A stretch of DNA of 64,000 nt, taken from positions 1-64,000 of the forward strand of contig JBBQZX010000028.1 of the NCBI GenBank assembly GCA_038207335.1, given 5' to 3'. Shown piece by piece: positions 60,299 through 64,000 of this stretch. The stretch is from Chthoniobacterales bacterium (GTDB lineage Bacteria > Verrucomicrobiota > Verrucomicrobiia > Chthoniobacterales > Chthoniobacteraceae). The first letter of the stretch is position 1; every line of letters starts with the position of its first letter. A program made the position numbers and the translations under genes. A model generated the notes under the pieces. That model made no database searches, was not told where the DNA came from, and saw only the letters and a list, made by a program, of their open reading frames with translations.

Positions 60299-61843
60299 AT
60301 GACTTCTCTTTGGGATCGGTATCAGCACTACTTTCTCCGTAACGACCAGCTCGGCTTCTCGATCGACGTGAGCCGAATTCGGTTCGACGACTCGTTTCTG
60401 CAAAAAATGGAGCCACTCGCGCAGCGCGCGTTCGAGCAGATGCGGGAGCTGGAAAAGGGCGCGATCGCGAATCCCGACGAGGAGCGGATGGCCGGGCACT
60501 ACTGGCTGCGCGCGCCGCAACTCGCACCGACGGATGAGCTGAAAAGCGAGATCGCCGCGACGAATGCGGACATTACGGAATTTGCGAAGCAGGTTCACGC
60601 GAGCGGGCGCTTCACCGAGGTGCTGCTCATTGGCATCGGCGGCTCGGCTCTCGGGCCGCAATTCATCTCCGACGCGCTAGGGACGAACGACGATCCAATG
60701 CGGCTGCACTATTTCGACAACACCGATCCCGACGGCATGGATCGCGTGCTCGACCGTCTCGAACTGCGGCTCGAGCACACGCTCGTCGTCGTCATTTCAA
60801 AATCCGGCGGCACGAAGGAAACGCGCAACGGAATGCTCGAAGCGAAGGCGCGATACGAAAAGGCCGGGATCGATTTTGGCGCTCGGGCCGTGGCGGTCAC
60901 GGGCGTCGGCAGCGAGCTGGATAAAGTCGCGGTGAGCGAGGGCTGGCTGCGGCGTTTTCCGATGTGGGATTGGGTCGGCGGGCGCACCTCGGTGATGAGC
61001 GCTGTCGGTATGGTGCCGCTGCTTTTGCAGGGCCTCGACATGCAGTCGCTGCTCGATGGCGCCGCTGCGATGGATGAGTGGACGCGCGCCGCCGAAACCG
61101 CAAAAAATCCAGCGATGATGCTTGCGCTCATGTGGCACTTTGCCGGTAACGGGCGCGGCGAAAAGGACATGGTCGTGCTGCCTTACAAAGACCGGCTGGT
61201 GCTCTTTTCGAAATACCTCCAGCAGCTCGTGATGGAGTCGCTCGGCAAGGAACTCGACCTCGACGGAAACAAGGTGAATCAAGGCATCGCGGTCTATGGC
61301 AACAAAGGCTCGACGGACCAGCACGCCTACGTGCAGCAACTTCGTGACGGCGTGGCGAATTTCTTCGTGACGTTCATCGAGGTGCGGAAAGATCGCGCAG
61401 GTGCGGGGTTCGAGGTCGAGCCGGGGATCACGGCGGGCGATTATTTGCAGGGGTTTCTGCGCGGCACGCGCACCGCGCTTTACGAGGGCGGGCGCGACTC
61501 GATCACCGTGAGCATCGCGGATGTTTCGCCGTTTCGCGTCGGCGCGCTCATCGCGCTGTATGAACGCGCGGTCGGCTTTTACGCGTCGCTGGTGAATATC
61601 AACGCGTATCACCAGCCCGGCGTGGAGGCCGGCAAAAAGGCGGCGACTGCGGTGGTTCAGCTTCAGGCGCAGGTAAAAAAAGCGATTTCCTCGAATGCGC
61701 AGACTGCCGGGGAAATCGCGGATTTAATCGGTGGCGAAAGCGAGGCGGTTTATCACGTCCTCACGCATCTCGCAGCGAACGATCCAGCGGTGGAATTGAC
61801 GCGCGGCGACTCGCCGGAAAGCGATCAGTTTTCCAATACCTGA
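60299..61843 (+). CDS. pgi: Glucose-6-phosphate isomerase
   Basis: [33 protein letters not shown] and HQPGVEAGK. Confidence 0.97.
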   Translation: MTSLWDRYQHYFLRNDQLGFSIDVSRIRFDDSFLQKMEPLAQRAFEQMRELEKGAIANPDEERMAGHYWLRAPQLAPTDELKSEIAATNADITEFAKQVHASGRFTEVLLIGIGGSALGPQFISDALGTNDDPMRLHYFDNTDPDGMDRVLDRLELRLEHTLVVVISKSGGTKETRNGMLEAKARYEKAGIDFGARAVAVTGVGSELDKVAVSEGWLRRFPMWDWVGGRTSVMSAVGMVPLLLQGLDMQSLLDGAAAMDEWTRAAETAKNPAMMLALMWHFAGNGRGEKDMVVLPYKDRLVLFSKYLQQLVMESLGKELDLDGNKVNQGIAVYGNKGSTDQHAYVQQLRDGVANFFVTFIEVRKDRAGAGFEVEPGITAGDYLQGFLRGTRTALYEGGRDSITVSIADVSPFRVGALIALYERAVGFYASLVNINAYHQPGVEAGKKAATAVVQLQAQVKKAISSNAQTAGEIADLIGGESEAVYHVLTHLAANDPAVELTRGDSPESDQFSNT

Positions 61844-61847
61844 CCTC

Positions 61848-62567
61848 ATGAAACCGCCAGCCACAGCTGCGGCCCCGGACATGGAAGAGGTGCAAGTCCC
61901 GCTCGGGCTCGTCGCGAAATTCGTGCGCCAACTCTCGCACGACGAGCGCAACAACCTCGGCTCCATCGACCTCCAAGCCGCATACTTGGCTGAGATCGTC
62001 GAGGATCCGGAGATCGCCAGTGAGCTGAAAAAGCTGCGCGGAATGGTCGCGAGCGCCGCGAAAATGCTGCAAGGCGTCTCGGCGAATTTTTGGCTGCCGA
62101 GGCTCAATCTCGTACCGCTCGACGCCGCGATTTTTCTCGAAGATTTCCGCGACCGGCTTCGTAAACTTTTTCCTGAAGCCGCGGCTGAAATTCAATGGAC
62201 GGTCGAGCTGGAGGGCGAAGAAATCGCCGTCGATCTCGAACTGATCTTCATCGCGCTTTCGGAGATTTGCCGGAACGCATTTCACTTTCAGGACACCACC
62301 GAGCCGGTCGCGATCCGGGTCGCAATCGAGAGCGGGCGATGGATTTTCGAGGTGAAAGAAAAACGCGCGGCGGTCGAGACTCCGCCGGAGACGTGGGGGC
62401 TCACACCGCTGGTTTCCACACGGCGCGGCGGATACGGGCTCGGGCTTTTTCACTGCCGACAAATCATCGCGCAGCACGGCGGAGAGTTGGAATTTCGCCA
62501 CGACTCCGCTGCTGCCGAACTCACGGCGCGAGTCGCGCTGCCGCTTGCTTCCGACGATGGCCGATAA
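61848..62567 (+). CDS. Cytoplasmic histidine-kinase-like protein lacking a sensor domain
   Basis: H-box LSHDERNNL, N-box EICRNA and G2 STRRGGYGLGL. No TM segment and no clear DxGxG G1 box. Confidence 0.75.
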   Translation: MKPPATAAAPDMEEVQVPLGLVAKFVRQLSHDERNNLGSIDLQAAYLAEIVEDPEIASELKKLRGMVASAAKMLQGVSANFWLPRLNLVPLDAAIFLEDFRDRLRKLFPEAAAEIQWTVELEGEEIAVDLELIFIALSEICRNAFHFQDTTEPVAIRVAIESGRWIFEVKEKRAAVETPPETWGLTPLVSTRRGGYGLGLFHCRQIIAQHGGELEFRHDSAAAELTARVALPLASDDGR

Positions 62568-63948
62568 ACCGGTGATGAAACTCGTTGTCATCGACGACGA
62601 GCGCACGATCCTGCTGACGCTTGAGGCCACGCTGAAACGGCACGGTTATGAGCCGCACATGGCCGCGACCGCATCCGCCGGGACGAACCTCGTGCGCAAG
62701 CTGAATCCCGCGCTGGTGCTGCTCGATCTCGGGCTGCCGGATGCCGATGGGCTCGACGTGCTGCGATCGTTCAAAAGCGAGTTCCCGGCGATCCCGGTCA
62801 TCATCGTCACTGCGCAGGATTCACTGAGCAATGCGATCGAATCGATCAAGGAAGGCGCGTTCCATTTCATCAGCAAACCCTACGCGCCAGAGGAACTGTT
62901 GAGCCTCGTGAAGCGCGCGATTGAACAGCGCGAACTCGCGCAGGAAGCGCAGAATTTGCGGGCTGAAAAGAAGCAGCTCTCGCAACGGCTCGAACGCGCG
63001 GAGAAGCAGCTCGCGCCGGTGAACAAAAGCCGCTCGATGCGCGAGGTGAATGAACTCATCGAACGCGTCGCGCCGACCGATGCGAACATCCTGCTGACCG
63101 GCGAGAGCGGCGTGGGCAAGGAGGTTTTCGCAAATCACATCCACCGCTCCAGCGCGCGCGCCGGCGGTCCGCTCGTGAAGCTGAACTGTGCCGCATTTCC
63201 CACGAACATGATCGAGGCCGAGCTTTTCGGTTACACGAAAGGCGCATTCACCGGCGCGGTAGCCGACTTTCCCGGCATGATCAGCGAGTCCTCCGGAGGC
63301 ACGCTTTTTCTCGATGAAATCGCCGAGATGCCGCCCGAATTGCAGACTCGTTTTTTGCGCGTCTTGCAGGAACGCGAATATCGCGCGCTCGGCAGCACGA
63401 AAACCGTGGCGTCGAATTTTCGCCTCGTCGCCGCGACCAACCGCAACATCGTCGAAGCCGTGCGCGACGGCGATTTGCGTCAGGATCTTTACTACCGCCT
63501 GAATACATTTCAGGTCGCCATCCCGCCGCTGCGCGAGCGCACCGAAGACATCCCGGCGCTCGTCTCGAGCTTCCTCGAGCACTTCTCCGCGAAGATGGGA
63601 AAGGTCTCGCCAACGATCACACCGGAAGCCTTTCAAATGATGTTGCAGTACGGCTGGCCGGGCAACGTGCGCGAACTGCAAAATGCGATCGAGTATGGTG
63701 TCGTTCTTGCCGACAACGGCGCCATCACGCCGAAGCAATTACCGCGCGAGATCCAGCTCCCCGTCGCGCTTCAAAATCTCCCTCCGACCGCGAGCGGCGA
63801 CTCGCTGAAACTCGGCGAGCACGAGAGGCAGACGATTCTCAAGGCGCTCGCGCAGTCGCATGGGAACAAGAAAAAGGCGGCGTCGATTTTGGGCATCCAC
63901 CGGCCCACACTTTACTCCAAAATGAAGAGATTCGGGATCGAGCTGTGA
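62557..63948 (+). CDS. Sigma-54-dependent NtrC-family response regulator
   Basis: Receiver domain (VIDDE, LLDLGLPD), GESGVGKE, GAFTGA, FLDEI, RQDLYYRL, WPGNVRELQN and a Fis-type HTH. Confidence 0.96.
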   Translation: MADKPVMKLVVIDDERTILLTLEATLKRHGYEPHMAATASAGTNLVRKLNPALVLLDLGLPDADGLDVLRSFKSEFPAIPVIIVTAQDSLSNAIESIKEGAFHFISKPYAPEELLSLVKRAIEQRELAQEAQNLRAEKKQLSQRLERAEKQLAPVNKSRSMREVNELIERVAPTDANILLTGESGVGKEVFANHIHRSSARAGGPLVKLNCAAFPTNMIEAELFGYTKGAFTGAVADFPGMISESSGGTLFLDEIAEMPPELQTRFLRVLQEREYRALGSTKTVASNFRLVAATNRNIVEAVRDGDLRQDLYYRLNTFQVAIPPLRERTEDIPALVSSFLEHFSAKMGKVSPTITPEAFQMMLQYGWPGNVRELQNAIEYGVVLADNGAITPKQLPREIQLPVALQNLPPTASGDSLKLGEHERQTILKALAQSHGNKKKAASILGIHRPTLYSKMKRFGIEL

Positions 63949-64000
63949 TGGGGGCCAACGTCCTCCGTCATCGCGAAAAGGTGCTCGCACACGCCGAGCA

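Overview
GC-rich bacterial DNA, most likely Verrucomicrobiota/PVC (inferred from PEP-CTERM proteins with autotransporter-associated beta-strand repeats, DUF1501 genes and a PVC-type haem-binding dehydrogenase). Layout: (1) 1-5.6 kb is a decayed accessory mosaic. It holds an IS5-family end inserted in yceH, a truncated and frameshifted DUF1501 gene, a truncated restriction-endonuclease-fold protein, a broken two-component pair, an hsdM remnant, a possible tRNA-Pro 3' att scar and an orphan frameshifted gp19-type tail tube. (2) 5.75-14.75 kb is a tightly coupled operon joining hydroxyproline catabolism (lhpC/lhpA/lhpB-like) to Xaa-Pro aminopeptidase, a secreted HExxH metallopeptidase with a cyclophilin-like tail, DUF885 and a POT peptide importer. 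It is a candidate collagen/extensin utilisation system. (3) An IS30 remnant and an RND efflux pair follow. (4) 20-24 kb is a lower-GC hotspot with a MITE-like element, a partly duplicated sigma-like gene with a structured leader, and an integrase-less integron array (two attC sites plus an attI-like site) next to 21-bp repeats. (5) 24-43 kb is mostly housekeeping and envelope genes: NitT/TauT ABC transporter, DUF3833, MscS, DUF1501, a GNAT/FemAB-2xSMR-SCP2 module, SDR, DUF151, a cytochrome c-propeller operon, proC-TPR-dac-bioF-proA and a glutaredoxin. (6) A ~3000-aa frameshifted PEP-CTERM surface protein, a small PEP-CTERM protein and a PVC-type CxxCH dehydrogenase. (7) kdsA-lptC-lptA-lptB-hpf-pgi, a sensor-less histidine kinase and an NtrC-type regulator. 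No rRNA, intact tRNA or CRISPR array was seen. All family assignments come from motif recognition by eye, not database searches.
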